A DNA stretch of 37,562 bases, taken from IMG/VR virus record IMGVR_UViG_3300048074_000026, positions 1 through 37,562 of that record; one strand, given 5' to 3'. Under the pieces are notes generated by a model, which was given only the letters and a program-made list of their open reading frames with translations, searched no databases and had not been told where the DNA came from. Of the stretch, positions 1 through 7,957 are shown piece by piece. This DNA is from a virus. Taxonomy: Duplodnaviria > Caudoviricetes. Position numbers and translations under genes: made by a program. The first letter of the stretch is position 1, and each line of letters opens with the position of its first letter.

Positions 1-426
1 TCAGCGGCAGGCTGGCCAGGGCATCGGAGCGCATGGCGCTCAGGAACATCATGGCCACGGCGGCCTGGGCGCGCTCCTCGCGCAGTGTTTCCGCAGAAAC
101 GGCCAGCAGGGCGCGCACGGCCTCCAGGCTGTAGTATTGGTGGTCGACCAGGCGCGAGGCCAGCGAGGCGCGGCGCGGGGGCTGGAGGTATTCGATCCAG
201 CTCTCGGAAAGGGCCTTGTAGCGCGGCCATTCGGTGCGGGCGAAGGTGAAAAAATCGCGCACGGTTTGCAGGGTCTTGGTGATGGTGACGGGGGAGAGAG
301 TCTGGTCGGGCTGCTTGAGGCTGCGGCGTGTGACCAGGTAGGCGGGCAGGGTGGGGTCGATGCGGCGGGCGTCGCTCAGCAGGGTGGAGTCTGCCCATTC
401 CAGCAGGTGGCGCATTTGGCCGCGGT
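1..426. repeat. Terminal direct repeat, left copy (matches 37137-37562)
   Basis: Base-by-base comparison shows identity except at positions 92, 93, 95, 248 and 299. Confidence 0.97.
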
Positions 427-517
427 ATTTGTGGATGGTCTGTTCGTCGCGCTGTTTGGTGCGTTCCACGTGGCGCAGGTAGGCGCGCATGTCGAGCCAG
501 TTCTGGCGGTTGATCAT
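1..517 (-). CDS. int: Phage tyrosine integrase, N-terminal part (continues across the circular junction to 36601)
   Basis: ATG at 517 overlaps the upstream stop (ATGA). MINRQNWLDMRAYLRH... runs into MRHLLEWADS of ORF 36601-37551. Joined length about 350 aa. Confidence 0.9.
   Translation of the reverse strand, partial: MINRQNWLDMRAYLRHVERTKQRDEQTIHKYRGQMRHLLEWADSTLLSDARRIDPTLPAYLVTRRSLKQPDQTLSPVTITKTLQTVRDFFTFARTEWPRYKALSESWIEYLQPPRRASLASRLVDHQYYSLEAVRALLAVSAETLREERAQAAVAMMFLSAMRSDALASLPL
86..101. promoter_or_regulatory. parS-like palindrome copy 1
   Basis: TGTTTC-CGCA-GAAACG. The duplicate copy at 37222-37237 reads TGTTTC-TACG-GAAACG. Confidence 0.65.
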
Positions 518-924
518 GCTGGCCTCGCATTCTCAGAGCGGCGCACGCGGTTGACGGTGGCGCCGCAGTCTGGGCAGGTTGACTGCATCAGCTCGACGTG
601 GGGGCGGACGAGGCGCACGCTGGGGTCGACGAGCGGGACGGGTTTGCCGCAGCGCAGGCACCAGGCCTGACCGTCTGCGAGGCCAACGCGTTTGGATTTG
701 CGCTGGCTGACGGTTTGCCTGGCCCAGGCCGCGAAGGCAGGGCCGTGTATCCAGAGTTGGCCGGTCTCATCGTGGACGACGGGCAAGCCTGCGGGGATGT
801 AGGAGCGGTAGATCGTGTCGGGGTTGAGGTGGAGTTCTTCGGCCAGCTCGGTGGGTTTGTAGAGCATGTCGAGCAATCGTCCCAGGCGGATGACCTGGGT
901 GTGCCGTAGATGGGGATTGCGCAT
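514..924 (-). CDS. Excisionase-like HTH protein with C-terminal zinc ribbon
   Basis: RBS GGAGG before ATG 924. KPTELAEELHLNPDTIYR HTH, WCLRC...CPDCG. Translationally coupled to int. Confidence 0.6.
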   Translation of the reverse strand: MRNPHLRHTQVIRLGRLLDMLYKPTELAEELHLNPDTIYRSYIPAGLPVVHDETGQLWIHGPAFAAWARQTVSQRKSKRVGLADGQAWCLRCGKPVPLVDPSVRLVRPHVELMQSTCPDCGATVNRVRRSENARPA

Positions 925-1027
925 GGTGACCTCCAAATGAAAAACGAGATGCGAAAACGCACGACCATGCCGTGTGGCAACGCATCTCATCTCTCAGGTG
1001 AGGCCAGACTCGCGCCTGGCAATATGA

Positions 1028-1050
1028 GCGGCACATTAAAAAAGTGCCGT
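1028..1050 (-). terminator. Hairpin just downstream of the attP tRNA fragment
   Basis: GCGGCAC-attaaaaaa-GTGCCGT inverted repeat. Confidence 0.45.
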
Positions 1051-1052
1051 TT

Positions 1053-1090
1053 TAGTCGGGGCGAAGAGATTCGAACTCTTGGCCTCTTGG
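1053..1090 (-). other. attP: attP core: 3' half of a tRNA-Pro gene
   Basis: Minus strand CCAAG AGGCC AAGAG-TTCGAAT-CTCTT CGCCCCG A CTA = 3' anticodon stem, variable loop, T-arm and tRNA-Pro-type acceptor strand. No 5' half. Lies next to xis/int. Confidence 0.85.
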
Positions 1091-1139
1091 AGATGAGGTG
1101 CTATCTGTAAACTCGTCGAATTTTTGTTCTATAAATATA

Positions 1140-1415
1140 TTAGCTATATAGCCTGTGCTTATAGTCTTTTAGATATGTCCGAATGTGGTAATAAACATTA
1201 CCCAGTTCGCGCGCGAGCTTTTCTGTAAAACCCGCCTCTAAAAGGAGTGCGACCAGTTCTTCTTCATCAAGCTTGACGCGAAAGCCATGACATGCATTTA
1301 TAAACCTATAGAACAAATCCCATTCATCCTGATGCAAATGGTCTTTGGGGGCGTGTAAGATAAAGGTGTCGAATATTGTTTTTGTTCTGGGCGGGAGTTT
1401 GGGTCTCTGGGACAT
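1140..1415 (-). CDS. Hypothetical protein (AT-rich accessory gene)
   Basis: 91-aa ORF, RBS AAAGGA, last gene of the leftward operon. Confidence 0.7.
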   Translation of the reverse strand: MSQRPKLPPRTKTIFDTFILHAPKDHLHQDEWDLFYRFINACHGFRVKLDEEELVALLLEAGFTEKLARELGNVYYHIRTYLKDYKHRLYS

Positions 1416-1427
1416 GCGATAATCCTT

Positions 1428-1868
1428 TTACGGAATAGCTGCCTCGTACTGTCGTGCTTTGTCTTCAGAAAGATCGCCATTGATTTGCACAACCACGTCA
1501 CCCTTGACGAATACCCAGGAGAAGAATGCTGCGCTGGCTTTGCCCATTTCGGTGTAGTAATTTGACAGGGCGTCGCGGTCTTCGGATTTATCGCAGACGA
1601 AGATCCTGCCGCCGTTGTCAGGGCCAAGCGATGGAATGAAGAACCTGGTGCCAGAGCAAACATAGGGAGCGAAACCATAGTCATCCTTGGTAAGAGGCCT
1701 GGTGGTCTCAGCTTCGAGGCCCGCGGCTTTGAACGCGGCGGCGACGTCGTCGCTGGTGACCTTGCTGCCGCTACAGGCCGACAATAACGACAAGGATAGG
1801 GCGGCAATGAGAGCGAGCGCCAACACAAAGCGGGGGCTCATAACGCGGATGTGAATTGAGTTTTTCAC
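1428..1868 (-). CDS. Putative lipoprotein (accessory; candidate superinfection exclusion)
   Basis: Hydrophobic signal peptide ending in lipobox LSAC. RBS GGAGG. Confidence 0.75.
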   Translation of the reverse strand: MKNSIHIRVMSPRFVLALALIAALSLSLLSACSGSKVTSDDVAAAFKAAGLEAETTRPLTKDDYGFAPYVCSGTRFFIPSLGPDNGGRIFVCDKSEDRDALSNYYTEMGKASAAFFSWVFVKGDVVVQINGDLSEDKARQYEAAIP

Positions 1869-1880
1869 GTATCCTCCTAT

Positions 1881-2564
1881 CTAATCTCTTTTCAGAGCAT
1901 GGGCTGCTGTTTCATAAAGCCACTTGAACAAGTACCACAAGCCAGCAAATAAAAGAATGTATAGATCAATGATTGCAATAAATGGGAAAATGAAGAACCA
2001 ATAGATTAACCCAGATCCGCCTATCGGTATAAATGCGATTCTGCCGCCGAATTTGATAGGTTTATTGACAGGCTGGTTTTCTGTAAGCGTCGGTTGCGGT
2101 GTAATAACTGGGGTGGGTAATGGTGCTGGCTCATTTATTGGAGGCTCTATCTTTTTGGGGGGCAGAGTTGCATCGAACTCTTTGAGGTCAAGATCAAGGC
2201 GCACGCCAAAGTCTGCCTGTGTCCCATCGCGCTTGTGGAAGCCGCCCTTAATGCTGGCGTAGCATTCGCCGACTACGTCGACCAGGTTGAGTAATTCAAG
2301 CCTAGCGCGGTATCGTTTGGAGTTGGGGCGGGATAGATGTCCTACTACTTTTCCGTCGATTTCCACGCGCACGGCATTGCCTGGGTCGTATGGATTATCG
2401 TCTTCAAGGATCAGGCTTGCGATAAAGTCATCCGAGTCTATACCTTCGTCTTCACCCATATAGTTCGAAACGTCTTCGATGTTCTTGCGATAAAAAGACT
2501 CTCCCTCCACCAAGAGCGGATATGGTTCGGCGTGGCTGGTTTGGAACCTTACTGGGTTTTGCAT
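1881..2564 (-). CDS. HIRAN-like domain protein with Pro-rich linker and C-terminal membrane anchor
   Basis: VEGESFY...LILEDDNPYDPGNAVRVEIDGKVVGHL matches the HIRAN pattern. Hydrophobic C-terminus. Confidence 0.7.
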   Translation of the reverse strand: MQNPVRFQTSHAEPYPLLVEGESFYRKNIEDVSNYMGEDEGIDSDDFIASLILEDDNPYDPGNAVRVEIDGKVVGHLSRPNSKRYRARLELLNLVDVVGECYASIKGGFHKRDGTQADFGVRLDLDLKEFDATLPPKKIEPPINEPAPLPTPVITPQPTLTENQPVNKPIKFGGRIAFIPIGGSGLIYWFFIFPFIAIIDLYILLFAGLWYLFKWLYETAAHALKRD

Positions 2565-2579
2565 TACTCCTCCACTTTT

Positions 2580-2693
2580 TTATAAATTGAGCATCTTGAT
2601 TGCAATCTCCCCCAGGATGGCTGCCAGCGCGGCGAGAGCCACCAGGAGGATCGGGTCGATGGCGTACTCTTGAGGCGGCTGTTTTTTGTCCAT
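2580..2693 (-). CDS. Small hydrophobic peptide (37 aa, not in ORF track)
   Basis: MDKKQPPQEYAIDPILLVALAALAAILGEIAIKMLNL, with a TAATG overlap to the upstream ORF. Confidence 0.5.
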   Translation of the reverse strand: MDKKQPPQEYAIDPILLVALAALAAILGEIAIKMLNL

Positions 2694-2866
2694 TACCGTA
2701 TCCAGTGACATGGGAATGAATATATATCTGCAAGCCGAGTGTAGTGAAGCGCTGCGCGATGGTACGCATATTTAAGAACATCCCGCGCGTCTTCTAGGTC
2801 AAGCTCCTGGATTGTTCGTAGAAGTTCGTCGAGAGTTGTCGTTTTTTCTGTTCTTGGATTTTGCAT
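2693..2866 (-). CDS. Small hypothetical protein
   Basis: MQNPRTEKTTTLDELL..., preceded by AAAGGGGAAG. Overlaps the repressor 3' end. Confidence 0.5.
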   Translation of the reverse strand: MQNPRTEKTTTLDELLRTIQELDLEDARDVLKYAYHRAALHYTRLADIYSFPCHWIR

Positions 2867-3236
2867 TGTGCTTCCCCTTTTCATCTATTAATTTCTTCCT
2901 GAACAAAGCATATTCAAGAATACTTATTTGCTCATCTTCGGGAAGATCAAGGGAAATGTACTTGACTTGCTCAACGATTTGAAGTTGCTCCACCTTGACG
3001 TGCAATCTTGTCGCAGCTCTGAACACCTCTTCAGGCGGACGATGCGTTGCGGTGGCTATTTTTACAACCATATCAATTGTTAGATTACGGTTACCGCTTT
3101 TTAAATGCGAAACGTGAGATGGCTGGACATCTATTCTGCGAGCTAGCTCGGATTGGTTTATCCCCTCTAATTCCATTATTTTATCCATGTACTCGCCAAA
3201 AGTGAAGCCTTCGGGGAGATCGTCTATTGTTTTCAT
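2799..3236 (-). CDS. XRE-family HTH immunity repressor (CI-like)
   Basis: GINQSELARRIDVQPSHVSHLKSGNRNLT HTH, divergent from the early operon. Start codon uncertain. Confidence 0.85.
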   Translation of the reverse strand: MKTIDDLPEGFTFGEYMDKIMELEGINQSELARRIDVQPSHVSHLKSGNRNLTIDMVVKIATATHRPPEEVFRAATRLHVKVEQLQIVEQVKYISLDLPEDEQISILEYALFRKKLIDEKGKHNAKSKNRKNDNSRRTSTNNPGA

Positions 3237-3238
3237 CC

Positions 3239-3352
3239 TGTAACAAAAATGATAACATCCAGACAATTACTGTGGGTAACAAAAACAATTTACCACTTGA
3301 CAACATTTACAATATAACTATAATGTGTCTGTAAGTAACAATAGTTTTTACC
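3239..3352. promoter_or_regulatory. Lysis/lysogeny switch: rightward sigma70-type promoter and candidate operators
   Basis: TTGACA (3297-3302), 16 nt, TATAAT (3319-3324). Three GTAACAA-led repeats at about 3240, 3276 and 3336, each followed by TTAC or TAAC. Confidence 0.75.
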
Positions 3353-3374
3353 GAAAAGAACAAGGATGGCGTAA

Positions 3375-3596
3375 ATGAGCAATTTGACCGCTCGCATTGC
3401 GGTAACACCCCAAAGCAATATCAAGGCCACGATTTTGGCCTCGCGCGCCGTGCGCTGGCAGGGCCACGCGCAGAAGTGCGACCTGGTCGAGGCGTGGATC
3501 AGCGACGCCTGGGAAGAAGCCAAACTGGCGGGCCTGGTGACTGAGGCCATGCTGGGGCCGACCGCTGAGGAAACAAAGCAGGAGGCGCAGGCATGA
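3375..3596 (+). CDS. Small Cro-position DNA-binding protein (possibly ribbon-helix-helix)
   Basis: First gene after the rightward promoter, RBS AAGGA, 73 aa. Function inferred from position. Confidence 0.55.
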   Translation: MSNLTARIAVTPQSNIKATILASRAVRWQGHAQKCDLVEAWISDAWEEAKLAGLVTEAMLGPTAEETKQEAQA

Positions 3597-3685
3597 ACTT
3601 CGCGCGCGGTTGTGCCCGTGTCATTCCTGCTTTGGTTGGTATTTGGCTGGTCGCCTGTCTCGCTCTGCTGTGGTTTGTGAAGTAG
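3593..3685 (+). CDS. Small hydrophobic peptide (30 aa, not in ORF track)
   Basis: GGAGG RBS, ATGA overlap. MNFARGCARVIPALVGIWLVACLALLWFVK. Confidence 0.5.
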   Translation: MNFARGCARVIPALVGIWLVACLALLWFVK

Positions 3686-3687
3686 TC

Positions 3688-4110
3688 ATGCGCACCGTCG
3701 ACCCGAGCAATGCCAACCGTCAGCGCATCCATAGCCTCATCAAGCGGCAGCCTGATATCCATTTGACCACCATCATGAGCATCACAGGCCTCGCCCAGGG
3801 GTCGGTGCGCTACCACGTCAACAACCTGATCAAGGATGGCTTGATCGACAAGAGCCTGCGCCCGAAGCGCGGCCCAGACCCGAAGAACGGGCGCAAGCCT
3901 GCTGCGCCGAAGAGCGAAAAGCGCAAGTACGTGGCCATGCCCAAGGCCAAGCCGACGACAAAGGGCAAGGCCAGGGAACGCGCCCTGCAGCGCCGCATCG
4001 ACAAGATCGTGGAAGCGGCCGAGCAGGCCAAGGCCGCCGCGGGCGTGGACGTGGTCTACGACTTCCGCAGGTCGTTTGGCGCGAGAGTCCGCGCGACGAA
4101 GCTCGGGTAG
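3688..4110 (+). CDS. Winged-HTH DNA-binding protein with basic C-terminus
   Basis: RQRIHSLIKRQPDIHLTTIMSITGLAQGSVRYHVNNLIKDGLI wHTH pattern. Confidence 0.75.
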   Translation: MRTVDPSNANRQRIHSLIKRQPDIHLTTIMSITGLAQGSVRYHVNNLIKDGLIDKSLRPKRGPDPKNGRKPAAPKSEKRKYVAMPKAKPTTKGKARERALQRRIDKIVEAAEQAKAAAGVDVVYDFRRSFGARVRATKLG

Positions 4111-4167
4111 CTGGTGGGTCTCTGGTTTTCATCCTGACCCCATTCTTACACAGGAGAATACTCCCCC

Positions 4168-4632
4168 ATGTATCCCCAGGTTTCCCCCACCTCCATCGCC
4201 GCCGTTTTGCTGGCCGAGTCGCTGTTCGGCGTTGGCTACAACCTGCTGGTCAGTTGGGCGCACAGTCATCGTATCTGGCACGTGTCGGTGTCGGTGGTGA
4301 TCGGCGTGGCGGTGACGGGCCTGCTGCCGACCGCGGCCTGGTTTGGGGCAGACATGCCCTTCTGGCAGGCGGGCCTGCTGTTCCTGGCCTGCTTCGGTTC
4401 GAGCGGCATCTGGATGGTGATCGGCTCGACGAGGCGCACGGTGGCTAAGAGCCACAAGCGCCAAACCATCCCGCCGAGCGCCAGGCGCATCCGTGACGAG
4501 ATCGTGATGGATCTCTCGACGCTGGCGGGCGAGATCGCCGACAGGGCCAAGGCTGGCAAGCTGGTGGCTGGTGACCTACCGCACTACGTCCACCAGCTGC
4601 ACCAGGCCATTGGTGCGCTGAATAACTTGTAG
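4168..4632 (+). CDS. Hypothetical membrane protein
   Basis: RBS AGGAG. Three hydrophobic segments. Confidence 0.75.
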   Translation: MYPQVSPTSIAAVLLAESLFGVGYNLLVSWAHSHRIWHVSVSVVIGVAVTGLLPTAAWFGADMPFWQAGLLFLACFGSSGIWMVIGSTRRTVAKSHKRQTIPPSARRIRDEIVMDLSTLAGEIADRAKAGKLVAGDLPHYVHQLHQAIGALNNL

Positions 4633-4718
4633 CTTTACATCGGGATTTACGCCGCGCTTTATCGGTACTCCACCCGCCGCGGCAATCTCCCCCAGGGCGA
4701 CCTCAACGCCCTGGGCCT

Positions 4719-4785
4719 GCGGAGAGCAACGGTTTGCAGTCGGGATGTCCCGCCCGCCCCCGAGGTTCGAGTCCTCGTCTCCGCC
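4719..4785 (+). ncRNA. tRNA-like structured RNA (acceptor stem plus T-arm, reduced D and anticodon arms)
   Basis: GCGGAGA/TCTCCGC 7-bp stem and CGAGG-TTCGAGT-CCTCG T-arm. Intergenic, flanked by further hairpins. Confidence 0.55.
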
Positions 4786-4874
4786 CTGCCGAAAGGCAAC
4801 GTACCTCTCTCGTGGGCTGTCGGTCGCGCCGTTGGACGCGGCAGGCAGACCCGCCAAGCAAAAGGATGACAGAC

Positions 4875-6632
4875 ATGCAAACGACGATTGTGCTCGACCT
4901 CCTGCACGACAACCCCTACCAGCCGCGCCTGGTGGACGACCCTGCGCACATCGAGGCGCTGGCGCGCAGCATTGCCGCCGATGGCCTCCAGCAGCTTCCC
5001 AAGGCGCGCAAGGTGGAAGTTTGGTATCAGCTGGCCTTCGGTCACAGCCGCCGCAAGGCCTTCGAGTGGCTGGCTGCCAACTACGAGGCTCAGGGCCTGG
5101 CCGACCGCTACGATGGTTATACCTGCATGCCCGTCGAGATCGAGGAGATGGACGAAGAGACCATGTACCGCCTGGCCGTGACCGAGAACGTCCAGCGCAA
5201 AGACCTGGACCCGATCGAGCAGGCCAAGTCGATGAAGGTCTACCGCGACCAGTTCGGCAAGACCTCGACGGAGATCGGCGCGCTGTTCGGCATGTCCGAC
5301 GCGACCGTGCGCGGAATGACCCGCCTGCTGGATCTGCACCCTGACGCGCAGGGTCTCTTGTCCAGGGGGATGATCAGCCAGGGGACGGCGCGCACGTTGC
5401 TGTCCGTGCAGAAGATCCTGGACGAAAAAGCGCTCAGGGGCCTCCTTGCCAAAATGGCGAATACGAGCGCCGACGACCACGAGCAACTCATCGAGAACAT
5501 CATCGAGCGCAGCGACAACACCTTCGAAATGTGGAGCCGATGGGACAGCGAGCGCGGCAACAAGGCTCGCGCGGGAAATGACCTGTGGCTGCTGGACATG
5601 AAGAACTTCCCAAACAAACTGCTGGCTGATATGAGCGTCGTCGAGGCGGCTGAGTTGATCGGCATCCAGAAGGATAAGGCCGACTATGAAATCCTCAAGA
5701 AGTGGATGATCGATTACGACCAGGGCACGGAAACCACCGAGGACGGCTGGAATGCATTGGAGTTCTCGGGCCTGCACCAGGAACATATCGACCGCCTGCG
5801 GCACCTGATCGACCCGCCCGCGTGCAATGCCTGCCCGTTCTACGCGGTGGTGAACAAGGCGCATTACTGCGGGGTGAAGATCTGCCGCCAGCGCAAGACC
5901 GAGGCTTTCAAGGCGCAGAAGCTGGCCGACATGAGCCGCACGTTGAAGATCGCGGTCTACCAGGAGAGCGACGGCGCGTACCTGCTGCTCGATGAGGACA
6001 TCGCGGCGCACAGGAAGGCTTTCGAGGCGCGTCACGCCGACCTGCGCCTGGTGCCCATCGCACTGATCAGGGGCTACGCGTATCAGCATTTCAAGGATGC
6101 CGACAGCTCCACCGCCAAGATCGTGGCGGTCGGGGAATCGGCCAGCAAGCTGGAGGTCAGCCCGCGCATGAAGACCAAGGGCGGCAAGAAATCTGAGAGC
6201 GAAAAGGCCGAGATGCGCGCCAAGCGTCTGTACCGCGCGCGGCGGCTGGAATTGACCTGGGAGTACACCGCCGAGGCGCAGGTCATCTTTGAGGGTGTGC
6301 CGCTCAAGGCTTTGCAGAGGGTGCGCGCGTGGCATTACGTGGGCGTCGTTGACGCTATCCCTGACGAATATAAGCATTCCGATACAGGGGCGGAAGACAG
6401 GCAGCTGGACTTTGCGCGCCGCGCCCTGGTTTGGGGGATGGTCGTCGAGAAGACGTCGTATTACGACCGCTCGAAGCTGGCCAAGGCCCTGGGGGATTTC
6501 GCGGCAGTGACAGGGGCGACGGCTTCGAAGGCGCTGACGGCGCGCGCCGCGGAGTGGGACGCCGAGATCGATGCACTGGCCAAGCCCGTTGCTGCGGAAA
6601 CGCCCGCGAAGAAAACCACCAAAAGGAGCTGA
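4875..6632 (+). CDS. ParB/Spo0J-family protein with long C-terminal extension
   Basis: NPYQPR, LARSIAADGLQQ, LAFGHSRRKA, ENVQRKDLDPIEQA and HTH. RBS AAAGGA before ATG 4875. Confidence 0.88.
   Translation: MQTTIVLDLLHDNPYQPRLVDDPAHIEALARSIAADGLQQLPKARKVEVWYQLAFGHSRRKAFEWLAANYEAQGLADRYDGYTCMPVEIEEMDEETMYRLAVTENVQRKDLDPIEQAKSMKVYRDQFGKTSTEIGALFGMSDATVRGMTRLLDLHPDAQGLLSRGMISQGTARTLLSVQKILDEKALRGLLAKMANTSADDHEQLIENIIERSDNTFEMWSRWDSERGNKARAGNDLWLLDMKNFPNKLLADMSVVEAAELIGIQKDKADYEILKKWMIDYDQGTETTEDGWNALEFSGLHQEHIDRLRHLIDPPACNACPFYAVVNKAHYCGVKICRQRKTEAFKAQKLADMSRTLKIAVYQESDGAYLLLDEDIAAHRKAFEARHADLRLVPIALIRGYAYQHFKDADSSTAKIVAVGESASKLEVSPRMKTKGGKKSESEKAEMRAKRLYRARRLELTWEYTAEAQVIFEGVPLKALQRVRAWHYVGVVDAIPDEYKHSDTGAEDRQLDFARRALVWGMVVEKTSYYDRSKLAKALGDFAAVTGATASKALTARAAEWDAEIDALAKPVAAETPAKKTTKRS
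6587..6602. promoter_or_regulatory. parS-like palindrome copy 2 (3' end of the parB-like gene)
   Basis: CGTTGC-TGCG-GAAACG. Confidence 0.65.
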
Positions 6633-6634
6633 CC

Positions 6635-6841
6635 ATGAATGGATTGATGTGGAGCATTTCATTCGCCGAGCCACACGTCGTCGACCGAATGTACACAGAC
6701 GAGGAACTGGAGACGGCCCTGCAGCGCGGCGACCTGCCGACGGGCGCGATCTTGAGCCACTATCGTCACGGCTCGTTTGTGGTGGAAGGCCAGCCAGGCC
6801 AGCCGCAGGACAAGCGTCCCATGCACGAAGTTGCCAGCTAA
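6635..6841 (+). CDS. Hypothetical protein
   Basis: RBS AAGGAG, 68 aa, in operon. Confidence 0.6.
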   Translation: MNGLMWSISFAEPHVVDRMYTDEELETALQRGDLPTGAILSHYRHGSFVVEGQPGQPQDKRPMHEVAS

Positions 6842-6852
6842 CGGAGGCTGAA

Positions 6853-7275
6853 ATGAACAAATTGGACGAAAAACAATTAGACGCGGAAGTTGAGTTTTAT
6901 CTCAAGCAGCATGTCGGAAAGCGGAACCCAATGGATCGCTGGGAGCTGATCGAGCGCGTGTTCAGGAACGGCGCAAGCTACCCCAGGAACGACAACAACG
7001 TTTATGACCGCCGCATCCGCGATTCTGTCGAGCGGCTGCGCAAGCGCCTGCTGATCTGCGACATGGGCGATGGGCGTGGCAGGTATCTGGCCGCGAACTA
7101 TGGCGAGTTTGTCGAGTTCAACGCGAAATATGTGTCGCGCGCCTACCCGATCATGCAGACCTCGGCCGCTATGGAAAAGCTGGCAGCGGCCGCATTTCCA
7201 GATCAATATCTCGAACATAAGCGTGATCAGCTGCAGCCCAGCCTGTTTGGGACGATGACGGGAGCGCGGTCATGA
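6853..7275 (+). CDS. Hypothetical winged-HTH-like protein
   Basis: RBS GGAGG. YLKQHVGKRNPMDRWELIERVF...DRRIRDSVERLR...GRGRYLA. Confidence 0.65.
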   Translation: MNKLDEKQLDAEVEFYLKQHVGKRNPMDRWELIERVFRNGASYPRNDNNVYDRRIRDSVERLRKRLLICDMGDGRGRYLAANYGEFVEFNAKYVSRAYPIMQTSAAMEKLAAAAFPDQYLEHKRDQLQPSLFGTMTGARS

Positions 7276-7769
7276 AACAGCCAACCTGCACGGTATGCCA
7301 TCGTCCGCTGAGCGACCCGTACAGCGTGGCCGTGGGCATGGGGCCCGAATGCAGGGGCGGGGCTTCGAGGCGCGGCATCCGCTTCCCGAAGGCCAAATAC
7401 AGGGTGCATCATGGGCGCGTCGAGTTTACGGGCGTCGAGGGCTTCGAGGGGCCGCTGGGCGGGGTGCTGCCGCCGTTGAGCAAAAGAAAGGAACTGGACA
7501 TCATGATGACTGGCATGTACTGGCAGAGCAACAAGCCTCTCGAAAAGAGCCTGCCCGAGGCCATCGCGTACTACCGCAAGAAGTACGGTCAGGAGCCGAC
7601 CACGGCACGCGTCAACCCGAGCGTCCTCTCGCACGAGGTGGTGATGCAGGGTGTGACGATCAAGCCCATGCGCGAGGTGCCGCTGCTGATCCTGTGGCTG
7701 GGCGTCGAGGATGCCGCGCGCGGGGTCGAGCAGGCCAGCGCCGACCTGCTGCGGAGGGCGGAAGGATGA
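7272..7769 (+). CDS. DUF6011-like zinc-finger protein
   Basis: CTVCHRPLSDPYSVAVGMGPEC N-terminal motif. Confidence 0.7.
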   Translation: MKQPTCTVCHRPLSDPYSVAVGMGPECRGGASRRGIRFPKAKYRVHHGRVEFTGVEGFEGPLGGVLPPLSKRKELDIMMTGMYWQSNKPLEKSLPEAIAYYRKKYGQEPTTARVNPSVLSHEVVMQGVTIKPMREVPLLILWLGVEDAARGVEQASADLLRRAEG

Positions 7770-7957
7770 AGAGTCTGCTGAGGCAGATCGTCGACCGCGC
7801 CGCGTTGGTCGGGAAGGAGATCCGCTGCCTGGATGGCTGGCGCGTGATCCTGGATGTCGAGGATGGCGGACGCGTGGTCAATTTCTCACTGGACGATGAG
7901 TCCATTTGGACTATCGGATTATGGCAGTCTGTGGAGATACGAGATGTTGAAAAATAA
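7766..7957 (+). CDS. Hypothetical protein
   Basis: ATGA overlap, GGAGG RBS, MKSLLRQ..., 63 aa. Confidence 0.55.
   Translation: MKSLLRQIVDRAALVGKEIRCLDGWRVILDVEDGGRVVNFSLDDESIWTIGLWQSVEIRDVEK

Noticed and set aside
1-426. Biological terminal redundancy (T7-like DTR)
   Set aside because: The repeat falls mid-integrase, while HNH, P27-like TerS and a cos-like gap point to cohesive-end packaging near 16.1 kb. Best explained as an assembly overlap.
1053-1090. Functional tRNA gene
   Set aside because: Only the 3' half is present. Interpreted as the attP core.
4719-4788. Canonical tRNA
   Set aside because: No 7-nt anticodon loop, no normal D-arm and no CCA. Kept only as tRNA-like.
4659-6860. 733-aa minus-strand ORF and other long antisense ORFs (e.g. 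21144-22409, 23159-24490, 16581-17756)
   Set aside because: Shadow frames opposite well-supported genes in GC-rich DNA, with no motifs or RBS.
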